A DNA stretch of 64,000 bases from Eledone cirrhosa (taxonomy: Eukaryota), in contig OZ024740.1 in the NCBI GenBank assembly GCA_964016885.1, positions 40,920,001 through 40,984,000 of the forward strand, written 5' to 3'. A program made the position numbers and the translations under genes. This document shows positions 27,160 through 40,946 of the stretch, in pieces; the stretch's first letter is position 1, and each line of letters begins with the position of its first letter. The notes beneath the pieces were generated by a model. That model was not told the DNA's origin, made no database searches, and saw only the letters and a program-made list of their open reading frames with translations.

Positions 27160-27465
27160 TATAATATATTAACAAATGCAACCTTCACGGTTGGAGTCTC
27201 CAGGAGACTCCGACCGCGAAGGTTGCATTTTTTCAGGGTATGTCAATATTTATTTATAAAACTAATCTATATTATATTTTATCTGATGAAAGCGCACCAT
27301 AATCTGCCTTGGTGGCCCTTGAAATATGTATAATGAAATAAATATGGTTTTATAAATATAGTTTCCATTTGTTAATATATTGTATATTTACTCCAATAAT
27401 TTGTTGAGTGCTTTATAACAGTTATAAAAATATTTTGTTTGTTGTATCTCAACAAATTAAATATA
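27160..27465 (+). mobile_element. Family A mini-element with a 5' hairpin (27173-27230)
   Basis: aaatgcaaccttcacggttggagtctcc-a-ggagactccgaccgcgaaggttgcattt, then a hammerhead and the shared 3' tail. Confidence 0.8.
27275..27340 (+). ncRNA. Minimal type I hammerhead ribozyme
   Basis: UAUUUUAU-CUGAUGA-aag..cacca/uggug..cuu-GAAAU-AUGU-AUA-AUGAAAUA. Confidence 0.78.
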
Positions 27466-27467
27466 AC

Positions 27468-27496
<29 letters not shown>

Positions 27497-27498
<2 letters not shown>

Positions 27499-27739
27499 TA
27501 TATATATATAATATATATATATATATAATATATATATATATAAAATATATATATATATAATATATATAATATATATAATATATATATAATATATATAATA
27601 TATATATATATATATATAATATATATATAATATATATATGTATATAATATATATAATATATATATATGTATATAATATATATAATATATATATATATAAT
27701 ATATATAATATATATATATATAATATATATAATATATAT

Positions 27740-27810
<71 letters not shown>
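27497..27810. repeat. Compound (TA)n/(TATAA) microsatellite
   Basis: Direct reading. Confidence 0.95.
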
Positions 27811-27812
<2 letters not shown>

Positions 27813-28629
27813 TGTGTGTTTGCATGTATATATATTATACACCCTAAAATGTTATTTGTATAGCATAATATAAAAAATAGCATAATATAACGAGAAAATA
27901 TAAACTTATTTACTATGCACAACGTAAGTAAATACTTTAAAAATACAAATCCATCTTAACATCTGCGTTATGTAAGAACGAATGACTATTAAGATTATTA
28001 TAAATAGTAACCAAGAGCTGACTTACTATGTTGGTAGCGAACTTGGGGTTTGCAGAATCGCAGGGACTTTGTTATAACATTTTGGAGCTTCATGATGTGT
28101 TATGAATATAATAGGTTCACGAGACGTGTTTTTATAATCTAGTCTCGTTCTCAAAGTGTGGAAAGACAGATAAAATTAATCTTTAAAAGCCAATTTCTCT
28201 TTATCTGACATGAAATAGAAAGACAAGAAATAGCAATAATGAGATGAGGAACGAAGGTTGCGACCACGTGAGCTCATTATATAAGTTGCTTTATGAAGAT
28301 TTCGTATGTTGTCAGTCGTTGTTGGTGTTTACTACCAAACCAACTCTCTCTCAATAGATCTATATATATAATCAAAGGCGTTCCAGCCATGATCATCCTT
28401 TTCTCCAGATAAACTGTATATCTAAGGCTACATACATTATATATGTTCTTTCTTTTCAAGAGGGTAGGATATGATTTGAGGAGGATTTGACCACTATTTC
28501 TAGCATATCAAGTGAGTAATAAGTACCAGTGTGTTTATGTGTGAAAGTGTGACTGTATAAGGCATCTGGGTGGCTGGCTGTGTTTTCAGAACAAGAAACT
28601 AACTTCAAAAGAAACTAACTTCAAAACAA

Positions 28630-28820
28630 GTGAATTGGCAGTATCGGTAGAGGGTCGGACGCCATGCCGTGCAAGCAAAGAGTCACAACCCTTTATGATC
28701 TGAGTTCAAATCCCACCGAGGTTAACTTTGCCTTTCATCCTTACGGGGTCGATAAAATAAAGTACCAGTAATACACTGGGATAATTGCTGGCCTTGTGCC
28801 AAAAGTAGAAACAATTATAT
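28630..28820 (+). mobile_element. tRNA-derived SINE
   Basis: A-box-like tggcagtatcggtag, B-box-like gagttcaaatccc, central domain, tail ggccttgtgccaaaagtagaaacaattat. Confidence 0.85.
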
Positions 28821-29092
28821 TATAAAACTAATTACAAGAGAAAGAGAGATGCCTCAACGAGGCCACGCAATATGCTAGAAATAATAGCCAAAATGCCCTC
28901 AAATCGTCCATCCCATCAACTAGGGAAAGGAAAGGACACTTTCATGATATAGTCTAAAAAGACGGATGATCCATGAATTGTACACATTTGATAATAGGTC
29001 TGCTTACTTATGGTTAACCTAGGGTTAAACAACAATAACAACAACTCAATTTTAAATGAGTATAACAGACTTAACAAAGTTATGTATGTATG

Positions 29093-29577
29093 TTATCTCT
29101 TTCTCTTAATTTCGAGTATATTTTTTTGACCGGCCACCTTCCTGGTGGCAAGGTTATAAAAGAAAAGAAATTGTCATCCCTAGAATTGCAAGAATGTTTT
29201 GCAAATTTTGAAGGTGCCAGCTATCGCAGCCATTTGTAGACTATGAATTAGGGAGCTGCGCTCTTTGTCCGCAAATCCAAGTTCAGTCATACTTTGGTCC
29301 CAGCGGGTTGGTATATAACTCGTAGCTCCAATAATGATGGGTATGAAGCTAAAGGTGTATCTTGGATATTGGATTTGTAAACTCCTCATCAATGGTCCGT
29401 AGATGTTCTCCTTCTCCTGTATTTTTCTGACAACGTTTACACATCTCCACAACAGAACACGTTTTCAATGTGTGGTCCCAAACAACAATATCAGGCCGAT
29501 TGTGCTTTAATTTGGTGGCAGTTTTTATTTTTAGGTTCCACCAGTATTCCTTAGTGTCATCTGTCTCAATATATTCT
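29093..29577 (-). mobile_element. 5'-truncated R4/Dong-like RLE retrotransposon 3' end, between (TATG)n tracts
   Basis: Minus-strand EYWWNLKIKTATKLKHNRPDIVVWD..YGPLMR..FIPIIIGA..LQMAAIAGT; second copy at 31944-32500. Confidence 0.8.
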
Positions 29578-29656
29578 ATGTATGTATGTATGTATGTATG
29601 TATGTATGTATGTATGTATGTATGTATGTATGTATGTATGTATGTATGTATGTATC

Positions 29657-30066
29657 CGGGAGAGATGACCCCTTAGCCTTTGTCAAGGCAGAATTCTAGA
29701 AGAAGGAAAACTCTGATATAACACCTGCAACCCTGATGGTATCCAATGATGTTGACTTGTTCTTCTTTTTGGTAAATATCATCTTGGTTAAGAGAGTGGG
29801 ACTGGCTTTGTGCAGTGCCTTTGCTCCCTATAAAAGCTTCACGGCACAGGCATTGCTTTATATCTGGAGATCTCTCTGCACTTGTCGTGACATGGTACCA
29901 TGGGTCCAGCACTATGTGTCAATAATTGTCACAAGTGTAGTGTTTGTACCAGAGTTTTCAAGTCGCTGGCTGGACTAAAAAGTCACACTCGTTCAGCGCA
30001 TCGGTAGTGGTTCTCCTACATGGATATAAAGTAGTGGCCGTACTCGAAAACGAGTTGGCAGCCACC

Positions 30067-30068
<2 letters not shown>
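29657..30068 (+). mobile_element. Internally deleted RTE derivative (5'UTR-like part fused to 3' end) between (TATG)n tracts
   Basis: RTE 5'UTR-like motif agaaggaaaactctga; 3' part encodes a C2H2 finger and ends gagttggcagccac(cat), like 31820-31935. Confidence 0.65.
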
Positions 30069-30099
<31 letters not shown>

Positions 30100-30264
30100 T
30101 GTATGTATGTATGTATGTATGTATGTATGTATGTATGTATGTATGTATGTGTGATTGGTACTTATTATTCACTTGGGTGGTTGGGCGTTTTTTCAGAACA
30201 AGGAACTTTGTCTAACTTAAGAAAACAAGTATTATATTAAAAAAGTGATTCCAAAAGAAAGTCT

Positions 30265-31943
30265 TATGTAGGATCATACTGGACAGACTCCTTGACAACA
30301 TCGCTGATGAAATCCTTCCTGAATCTCAGGGTTGCTTTAGAAATGGTATAGGGAGGACAACGGACATGATCTTTACGGTGAGACAACTGCAAGAGAAATG
30401 CAATAAGCTGGGCCTGTATCAGTTGTTTATCGATCTGACAAAGGCTTTTGATACAATCAATAAAATTGCCCTATGGAAGATTCTCAGGAAGCTCGGGTGT
30501 CCTGATAAATTTGTCTGTGTTGAGAAGTTTCCATGATGGGATGAATGCAAGTATTAATGTGGGTGGTAAGCTGGTTGAAAATGGTGGTAAGCAAGGAGAC
30601 ATTCCGGCGCCGACTCTGTTTGCGTTTTCTTTGCTATGGTTTTCTTGATGGCTTTTGAAGGTTGCTCACATAAGGTCTATATTAAATGTCGAACAAGAGG
30701 TAAAATGTTCAATGTCAGAGGGTTTGCTGCCAGAACGAGGATATTTACATCGCTGATACGCGAATTCCTCTCTGCTGACGACTGATTTTGCCGCTCATTT
30801 CGAGAGTGACATGCAACATCTCATGGATTCTTTTTCGAAAGCATGCAGTGCATTGGGCCTAACAGTCAGTCAGAAAAAGACTGTGTTGTTGTAGCAACCT
30901 GCACCAAGTAAAGCTTTACGTTAAACACATATGTCCATAGCCAGAAATTAAAAGTCGTGGATAAGTTTGCATATCTAGGCAGCACTGTGAATATGACCAA
31001 GGAGAGTGATGCATTTGAAAACTGAATGGACGTCTATGGTCTCAGCATGGTATTTCCATTTAGACAAAGTTAAAAGTGTATAATGCTTATGTTTTGTCCG
31101 CTTTGTTGTATGCACCTGAGACTTGGGTCACTTACCGAAGGCATCTCAAAAGGTTGGAAAACTTTTAACAACAGTGTCTTCGATGTATACAGGGCATCCA
31201 CTGGAAAATGTACGCGAGTGACACTGAAGTCCCCGAACGCGGTCTCCCAGTATAGAGTCTCTCATATTTCAACATCGATTAAGATGAAGTGGTCATGTAG
31301 TGAGAATGGATGATGATCGCATCCCTAGGCAGTTCATTTATGGTTAGCTGGTCGAAGGTAAAGGACCGGTGCACAGACCAAAATTGAGTTTACTGGGATT
31401 GCATTAAAAGCACATTGAGGAAGATGAAAATATCGGAGAATGACTGGGAGAACATCGCTCTAGATCGACTTTCCTGGAGGAAGGCAGTGCATGCCGGGAG
31501 GGAAGACTTTGAAAGAAACCTTGTTGAGCATGAACAGTTCAAGCGGTGTGCTCATAAGGGCCTTGAGTTTGGTTTGTCTAAGTATCTTGGCATGCAGGAT
31601 GATTTAACCTGTACAGAATGTGGCCGGTTATATCTAAGTAGGGCAGGCCTTGGAAGTCATCGGAGAAGTCACGTACACGGGGACACTGTCAACTATGCAT
31701 TGTATGGCATTTCTATTTGTGGGGAGTGTGGAAAAGATCGTGCCTCAGTTGATGGACTGAAACGTCATTTGAAAGTGCACCAAAACAGGACCGTAACACC
31801 TACTGTGAGAAGCTCCCATTGTTGCAGCGTCTGTGAAAGAGTGTGCGAGTCCCTAGTAGGATTAAAAAGCCACGACCGGGCTGCTCATGCTTAAATAGCA
31901 AGCGATAGCATTACTCGAGTTGCAGCCATCATGTATGTATGTA
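30265..31943 (+). mobile_element. Degenerate 5'-truncated BovB-like RTE LINE with three C-terminal C2H2 fingers and an (ATGT)n tail
   Basis: LPESQGCFR..TDMIFTVRQLQEKC, FIDLTKAFD, YLGS and RIPRQ; ORF 31415-31894 holds three CxxC..HxxxH motifs. Confidence 0.88.
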
Positions 31944-32500
31944 CATTTTTGACCGATCACCTTCCTGGTGGCAAGGTTGTAAAAGAAAAGAAATTGTCAT
32001 CTCTTGAATCGCAAGAATGCTTTGCAAATTTTGAAGGTGCCAGCTATCGCAGCCACTTGTAGACTATGAATTAGGGAGCTGCGCTCTTTGTCCACAGATC
32101 TAAGTTTAATCATACTTTGGTCCAAGCGGGTTGGTATATAACCTGTAGCTCCAATAATTGTTTCTACTTTTGGCACAAGGCCAGCAATTACCCTGTACAT
32201 ACTGGTACTTTATTTTTAGCTCCAATAATGATGGGTATGAATCTAAAGGTGTATCTTGGATACTGGATCTGCAAATTCCTCATCAATGGTCCGTAGATGT
32301 CTTTCTGTATTTTTCTTACAATGTTGACATCAAGTGGGCAGCTGATCTCTATAACAGAAGACGTTTTCAATGTGTGGTCCCAAACAACAATATCAGGCCG
32401 GTTGTGCTTTAATTTGGTGGCAGTTTTTATTTTCAGGTTCCACCAGTATTCCTTAGTGCCACCTATCTCAATATATTCCTCCTCATTTGTTTTTAATTTT
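31944..32500 (-). mobile_element. Second R4/Dong-like RLE 3' fragment, adjoining the RTE (ATGT)n tail
   Basis: ORFs 32188-32526 and 31997-32200 with RPDIVVWD..VIEISCP. Confidence 0.85.
32159..32216 (-). mobile_element. SINE 3' tip inserted into the RLE element
   Basis: 13-bp TSD tagctccaataat at 32146-32158 and 32217-32229. Confidence 0.85.
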
Positions 32501-32914
32501 GTATGTGTGTATGTATGCATGCACATGAAATCTCATGTGACCTCTAGTCAATTTAGATCTCATGACTGAAAATCATGACAAGCTGTGTGTAGTTATAGGT
32601 ATTCGTGTCAATTCTATAACCAGGTGTGTGAATCTGAAGAAGGCGTGACTAACCAAGTAAGTGGGTCTACAGCAGGTGAAACAAGTTATATGATAGTGCA
32701 ACGACCAGGTTAATGTCTACACTAAAAATAAGTCTTTTATCTGTAACATCTTAACTATAATAAAGAAAGTATACATAAAAAAGATAGACTGTAGGGCTAT
32801 ATGTTTGCGACAGGTGCTCATTATAAAATGGATGAGATGGCCTTCTACTATAATAAGTGGCAATCACCATATATGAATAATTGAACATATTAATTTAAAA
32901 ACAAACAAAAAACT

Positions 32915-34075
<1,161 letters not shown>

Positions 34076-34254
34076 ATATTTGGGGAGGGTCATATTTGCG
34101 TAATATTGCCAGAATTAATAACAGAACACACTCACTGTTTGGTTGGTTTTCGCTTCTCGCTGTCTTTTATATCTGCGATCTAACTTACTCGGTCCTCAAT
34201 GTTGCCATTGACTGACCGACGGTCAAAAGTAATACAGATACAATATAGACACAA

Positions 34255-34324
<70 letters not shown>

Positions 34325-34329
<5 letters not shown>

Positions 34330-35041
34330 GTATAATAAACAATACAATATAATTACCTCATTAGCAGAGGTTTCCCGAATAAGACGAATACGAAAAACGC
34401 CCTCATTCGTTCGTTGGACAAGGCAATTTAAAACACAGTGGAAAGTCTCCTCAAGAAATGCAAAACATATATAAATAAAAGTAATGAAAGAGATATATAA
34501 AAAATATAAGGAAATATAGTTAGGGTATGTGTATATGTATGTATATACACTCACAAATGTACATATGTGTGTATGTACAAATGCATGTGTATGGTGAAAA
34601 TGTGTGCGTAAGTACATATATGAGGGCAAGTATAATTGTGTATATGTGACCACAAATACGTATATAATATGAGTTGAAAAAGAAATTGTATGAAAATATA
34701 GTTGACACGCATCCAGATACAGGTATTAAATACACATACGAGTATGAAAGCACGCGTATAAACACACACACACGCGCGGTCACTTATATGCGGAAGATAA
34801 AGAGGGAAGGGAGTGTAATAGTAAAAAGAAGTGTCATTCTCGATATATGTATAAAAATGAAACAATATATGAGAATGAAAACATTTTTAAATCAAAGAGA
34901 AAGTAATCAATTAACACTAGAGAAAAGAAAACATAGGTACGCATGTACATACACATATATATATATATATAAAAATATTTATACACACAAATACGTACAG
35001 ACAAAAGCGCATGCATGCGTACATACATACACAAGAGGCAC

Positions 35042-35135
<94 letters not shown>

Positions 35136-36143
35136 CCCCATGTATATCTAATCACACGTACGTACGCGACTATATATTATATATATATATACACATATAC
35201 ATACACACCCATACATACATATACATATATACACATATACATACACATACACATACACATACATTCACCCGCATACACACACACGTAAAAATAAGAATGT
35301 AAAAAACATAGATATAAAAAAACATAGATATAAAAACACACATACGCACATATATACATACGTACGCACGCACACATACGGAGGCGTTCGTATACATATA
35401 CAGAAAATATACACACATAAGCACACTCAGACACATAGATACAGATTATAAATCAGCCATATGAATAAATGAGTACAAATATAAAATCGTCAGCGAAGCA
35501 ACAGAATATATCTGGTGTGGAAAACACAAGTGATAGTGATATCAGGTAGTGAAAGAAAATGGGGAAGTAAAATGTGGAATGTGAAGATATTAAGTAAGTG
35601 AATAAAAAAGTGTGTGTGTGTGTGTGTGTGTTACTGCTGGATGTGAAGTAAAATAAAAATTAAATTAAAATTAAAGTTAAAAATGAAAGTAAATCAGAAA
35701 GAGAAGTCTGTGAAGAGGATAATTTAAGGAAAGTGAAGAATAAGAGTTTATGGAGGATAAGTATCTGAAAGTTAGTTAAGTTTATATGAGCTGGAAAGCA
35801 AGTGTGATTTCATGTGTGGGCAACTGGTGAAAATTTCTGTTTTTGTATTTAGGCAGGTTTTTGGTGATTTAAGGTTCTGTAAAATCCAATATTTTTCACT
35901 TATGCAGAGTGTGCATCTTCTTGTTCCTCTTGCATATTCTTTAGATTGGTTTAAAATTGACCAATCCAATTTATATTGGATACCTTGGTCTTTCAAATCC
36001 CATATTCTGCTAGCCAGAGCTGTTGTGAATCTTTTTTCTGGATGTCGGAAAGATGCGATATGTGAGTAATAACGCGTTTTGAATTTGTCTTGTGTCATAC
36101 CCACATATCGTTCGCTGGTGGCTGGTTGGTTGTTGCTGATGAC
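34325..36143 (-). mobile_element. Inverted duplicate of the 3' part (GIY-YIG end and 3'UTR) of the adjacent Penelope
   Basis: ORF 35772-36146 nearly identical to 37549-37881; UTR mirrors 37882-39247. Confidence 0.92.
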
Positions 36144-38425
36144 CAACTCTTAATAGATAACATCACCAACTCTTAATAGATAACATCACCTCTAAATACC
36201 AAATAGCTAATATAAACACGTATAATAATATAAATAAGGAAGCTAAAGAATTAGCTAGTTCTTTAAAAATAGATAATAGGACAGAAAAACTTGCTAAACG
36301 TAATGAATATATCACCCTTAAAGATCACAAACCTGACTTTATTAATCGTCCTAGTTGTAGATTAATCAACCCTGCTAAGACTGATATCGGTATTGCCAGC
36401 AAAAAAAAAAAAATTTTAAATAATATAAACACACAGATTAGAAGTAGTTCTGAATTACTCCAATGGATAAATAGCTTTACCGTAGTACATTGGTTTAATA
36501 ATATTAAAGATAAAAATAGTTCTAGATTCACCCAATTTGACATTGTAGATTTCTACTCGTCTATCACTCAGACTCTTTTAGCGAAAGCCTTAAATTTCGC
36601 TAGAAAGTTTACCAATATTTCTGATATTGAAGAGAATGTCATCTTGCATGCTAGAAACACTCTACTCTTTACTGATAATGACACTTGGGTAAAAAATATC
36701 TAACCCAGAGAACCCATTCGATGTCTCAATGGGCTCGTTTGACAGTGCTGATGTTTGTGATTTAGTCGGCCTATTCCTCTTACACACACTTAAAGAAAAA
36801 TTCCCTAACCATATTTTTGGGCTTTATCGCGACCATAGGCCATAACTTAGATAGATTAAGGAAATACTTAATAAAAACCTTCGCTAGTTTTAATCTTAAA
36901 ATTACTATTGACACTAACCTTTCCAATGTTAATTTTTTAGATATAAACCTAGATTTGCCTACTGCTTCTTATAAACTATACCATAAACCTAATGAAAACT
37001 TGAAATATATAAATAAAGGCTCTTGCCATCCTCCTATAGTTTTTAAAAACCTTATCCTTAATATTAGCCGTAGGATCTCCACCATCTCTTCCTCAGAAGC
37101 TATTTTCAATAAGGCATCCCCCTACTATAATAAAGCCCTTCAAAATAGCGGATTTAGCGAACCGATTAAGTACATACCCAACAATACTAACTCTTTTAAA
37201 CATAATAATAGGAAAAGAAAAATAATCTGGTTCACCCCCCCCCCCACTCTCTAGCAGTTAAAACTAATGTAGGCAAAAAATTCCTAGAGCTCTTAGATAA
37301 ACATTTCCCTAGAACACATAGATACTATAAGATCTTCAATAGAAACTGTGTCAAAATTAGCTACTCCTGCGGTCCCCCTATTAAATCTTATATCATCAAT
37401 AAGAAATCACCCAGAGAACATCAAAATTGCTCCTGTAGAGTCAAAAGTGAATGCCCATTACAAGGTAAATGCAACACCAAAGCCATTGTATATGCGGCTA
37501 AAGTGACAACCAACCAGCAACAACCAACCAGCCACCAGCGAACGATATGTGGGTATGACACAAGACAAATTAAAAACGCGTTATTACTCACATGTCGCAT
37601 CTTTCCGACATCCAGAAAAAAGATTCACAACAGCTCTGGCTAGCAGAATATGGGATTTGAAAGACCAAGGTATCCAATATAAATTGGATTGGTCAATTTT
37701 AAACCAATCTAAAGAATATGCAAGAGGAACAAGAAGATGCACACTCTGCATAAGTGAAAAATATTGGATTTTACAGAACCTTAAATCACCAAAAACCTGC
37801 CTAAATACAAAAACAGAAATTTTCACCAGTTGCCCACACATGAAATCACACTTGCTTTCCAGCTCATATAAACTTAACTAACTTTCAGATACTTATCCTC
37901 CATAAACTCTTATTCTTCACTTTCCTTAAATTATTATCTTCACAGACTTCTCTTTCTGATTTACTTTCATTTTTAACTTTAATTTTAATTTAATTTTTAT
38001 TTTTACTTCACATCCACCAGTAACTCCTCCCTACTTTTCGATTCACTTACTTAATATCTTCACATTCCACATTTTACTTCCCCATTTTCTTTCACTACCT
38101 GATATCACTGTCACTTGTGTTTTCCACACCAGATATATTCTGTTGTTTCGCAGCCGATTTTATATTTGTACTCATTTATTCATATGGCTGATTTATAATC
38201 TGTATCTATGTGTCTGTGTGTATACGTTCTGTATATGTATACGAACGCCCCCGTATGTGTGCGTGCGTACGTATATATATGTGTGTGTATGTGTGTTTTT
38301 ATATCTATGTTTTTTTTATATCTATGTTTTTTACATTCTTATTTTTACGTGTGTGTGTATGCGGGTGAATGTATGTGTATGTGTATGTATATGTGTATAT
38401 ATGTATATGTATGTATGGGTGTGTA

Positions 38426-38472
<47 letters not shown>

Positions 38473-39250
38473 GCGTACGTACGTGTGATTAGATATACAT
38501 GGGGCGATACATATATATATATACGTGCCTCTTGTGTATGTATGTACGCATGCATGCGCTTTTGTCTGTACGTATTTGTGTGTATAAATATTTTTATATA
38601 TATATATATATGTGTATGTACATGCGTACCTATGTTTTCTTTTCTCTAGTGTTAATTGATTACTTTCTCTTTGATTTAAAATTTTTTCCATTCTCATATA
38701 TTGTTTCATTTTTATACATATATCGAGAATGACACTTCTTTTAACTATTACACTCCCTTCCCTCTTTATCTTCCGCATATAAGTGACCGCGCGTGTGTGT
38801 GTTTATACGCGTGCTTTCATACTCGTATGTGTATTTAATACCTGTATCTGGATGCGTGTCAACTATATTTTCATACAATTTCTTTTTCAACTCATATTAT
38901 ATACGTATTTGTGGTCACATATACACAAATATACTTGCCCTCATATATGTACTTACGCACACATTTTCACCATACACATGCATGTGTACATACACACATA
39001 TGTACATTTGTGAGTGTATATACATACATATACACATACCCTAACTATATTTCCTTATATTTTTTTTATATATCTCTTTCATTACTTTTATTTATATATG
39101 TTTTGCATTTCTTGAGGAGACTTTCCAAATATTTCACTATGTTTTAAATTGCCTTGTCCGACGAACGAATGATGACGTTTTTCGTATTCGTCTTATTCGG
39201 GAAACCTCTGGTAATGAGATAATTATATTGTATTGTTTATTATACATTAA
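36144..39250 (+). mobile_element. 5'-truncated Penelope-like element (RT, GIY-YIG, long 3'UTR), disrupted
   Basis: TLKDHKP, RLINPAK, FDIVDFY, MGSFD, GLYRD, VNFLD, RKRKIIWF, C.CRVKSECPL.GKC..VY.A, YVGMT..KTRYYSH; degenerate hammerhead at 39152-39219. Confidence 0.95.
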
Positions 39251-39419
39251 ATTTTGTTCTGGTACTTACATAGAGCACTCTTCACTCCTATGACTTTCTC
39301 AATTTTCAACGGAAACTTCAATACTTATATATATATATATATATATATATGGTGTAGTTTTTTTAAAAAATTAATATGTTCAATTATGGTGTATTCATTT
39401 TCCACTAGCATTACAAGGG

Positions 39420-39570
39420 GTCCAACGAGCCGCAGATTACAGAGAGTGGGTAATAGGAAAAGGGTCAAGACCCCGACAGCTGAGCTCCGGTCGTTTCGAC
39501 AGCTAGACCCGAACAGTTCGGATCTAGCTGTCGAAACGGCCGGAGCTCAGCCGTTGGGGTCCTGACTATA
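39420..39570. mobile_element. Fold-back PLE terminal-repeat remnant (same family as 14355-14536)
   Basis: gtcaagaccccgacagctgagctccgg..tttcgacagctaga / tctagctgtcgaaac..ccggagctcagccgttggggtcctgac. Confidence 0.7.
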
Positions 39571-39571
39571 T

Positions 39572-39656
<85 letters not shown>

Positions 39657-39659
39657 TAT

Positions 39660-40471
39660 AGTACAATTTAAAAAAATATGATCAACACTAATGTGTTTTT
39701 TTTGCAAAATGACAATAATTTTTTATATGTACTTGAATTAAGGTATTTCTATCTGGCTAAAAAATTATTGTCATTTTGCAAAAAAAAACACATTAGTGTT
39801 GATCATATTTTTTAAAATTGTACTGTAATGCTCAGAAATATTTTCTTAGAGCTTAATAATTGTATTTGACTACTAAATTGAAATAAATCTGCTCCTTCGG
39901 TAGAGCTGAATTCATAATCCCATATTTACGGCTGTTATTTCTAGCGCCATGGATATGAGCCAGAATGCTGAGAAGATCGTGTGCAAAAGCACATGTATTA
40001 GGCTTGCGACAGATCAGTCTTAAGATTCTTATCTTAGGAGAAGTAACTATAATTTATCTGGGTGCCTATTGAAAATCACAGAAAATTGATTACTTCACTA
40101 ATAATTATTTTATAAATAGTTGTTCCGTAATTAATTAATTATTTCATTAGTATACCATCCCTTGTGAAACAGGTTTATGTTTTGAAGTTCCGACCGATCT
40201 GCTGAAAAGGTTTGAATTTTGAAATTTAAATTTGTCTAGGCACCAGGCAGTTGCCATTTTACGTCTGTAAGTATAGATTTAATATTTAATATTTTCTAGA
40301 TCGATACAGGCGGACTATATGTACTTGAATTAAGGTATTTCTATCTGGCTAAAAAATTATTGTCATTTTGCAAAAAAAACACATTAGTGTTGATCATATT
40401 TTTTTAAATTGTACTGTAATGCTCAGAAATATTTTCTTAGAGCTTAATAATTGTATTTGACTACTAAATTG

Positions 40472-40476
<5 letters not shown>
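39660..40476 (+). mobile_element. Non-coding element with ~155 bp direct terminal repeats and a 5' inverted partial copy, within (TA)n
   Basis: 39725-39875 repeated at 40317-40475; 39660-39724 is the reverse complement of 39758-39823. Confidence 0.75.
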
Positions 40477-40510
<34 letters not shown>

Positions 40511-40579
40511 CAAGGTCTAGCAAATGGAGAAAAAGTTTTAAAATAAATTTTAAAAAATTCGCTGTACTTACTATATGTG

Positions 40580-40657
40580 CTTTTACCGCGGTTTCAAGTT
40601 CCAGAATAAACGGATAATCCAAGCGGCTTCCATTGAGAAGGGAACCATCTTCAAAAG
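40580..40657 (-). ncRNA. Hammerhead-like motif with a C3U change (PLE terminal repeat)
   Basis: CUUU-UUGAAGA-..guucc/ggaac..-GAAACCGCGGUA-AAAG; palindromic stem III. Confidence 0.55.
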
Positions 40658-40794
40658 GCTCTTCTCACTCGGAGAATATAAAATTCCCGAGTTCAAATCA
40701 CAAACTGACGCCATACAAAACCATTCCCAGATGAAATAATTCTGTCTGGTGCCGTGTGCAAGACAAAAGGCAGGGTGGACAGGTTAATGTCCTG

Positions 40795-40905
<111 letters not shown>

Positions 40906-40946
40906 CAATAAACAAAAGAGACAGTTTTATTCGTACATCCCTATTT

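Noticed and set aside
27449-27922. Long YI/IY, CV/HT and poly-T/P ORFs here and at 15271, 34180-35436, 38143-39147, 40693, 44092 and 56491
   Set aside because: Stop-free translations of microsatellites or low-complexity PLE UTRs.
28630-28720. tRNA genes at SINE heads (also 46268, 46793, 60288)
   Set aside because: A and B boxes are too widely spaced, no cloverleaf is evident, and each continues into a SINE body.
32625-32695. CTGAAGA...GAAAC as a hammerhead
   Set aside because: Stems I and II pair poorly; could be chance or a very old copy.
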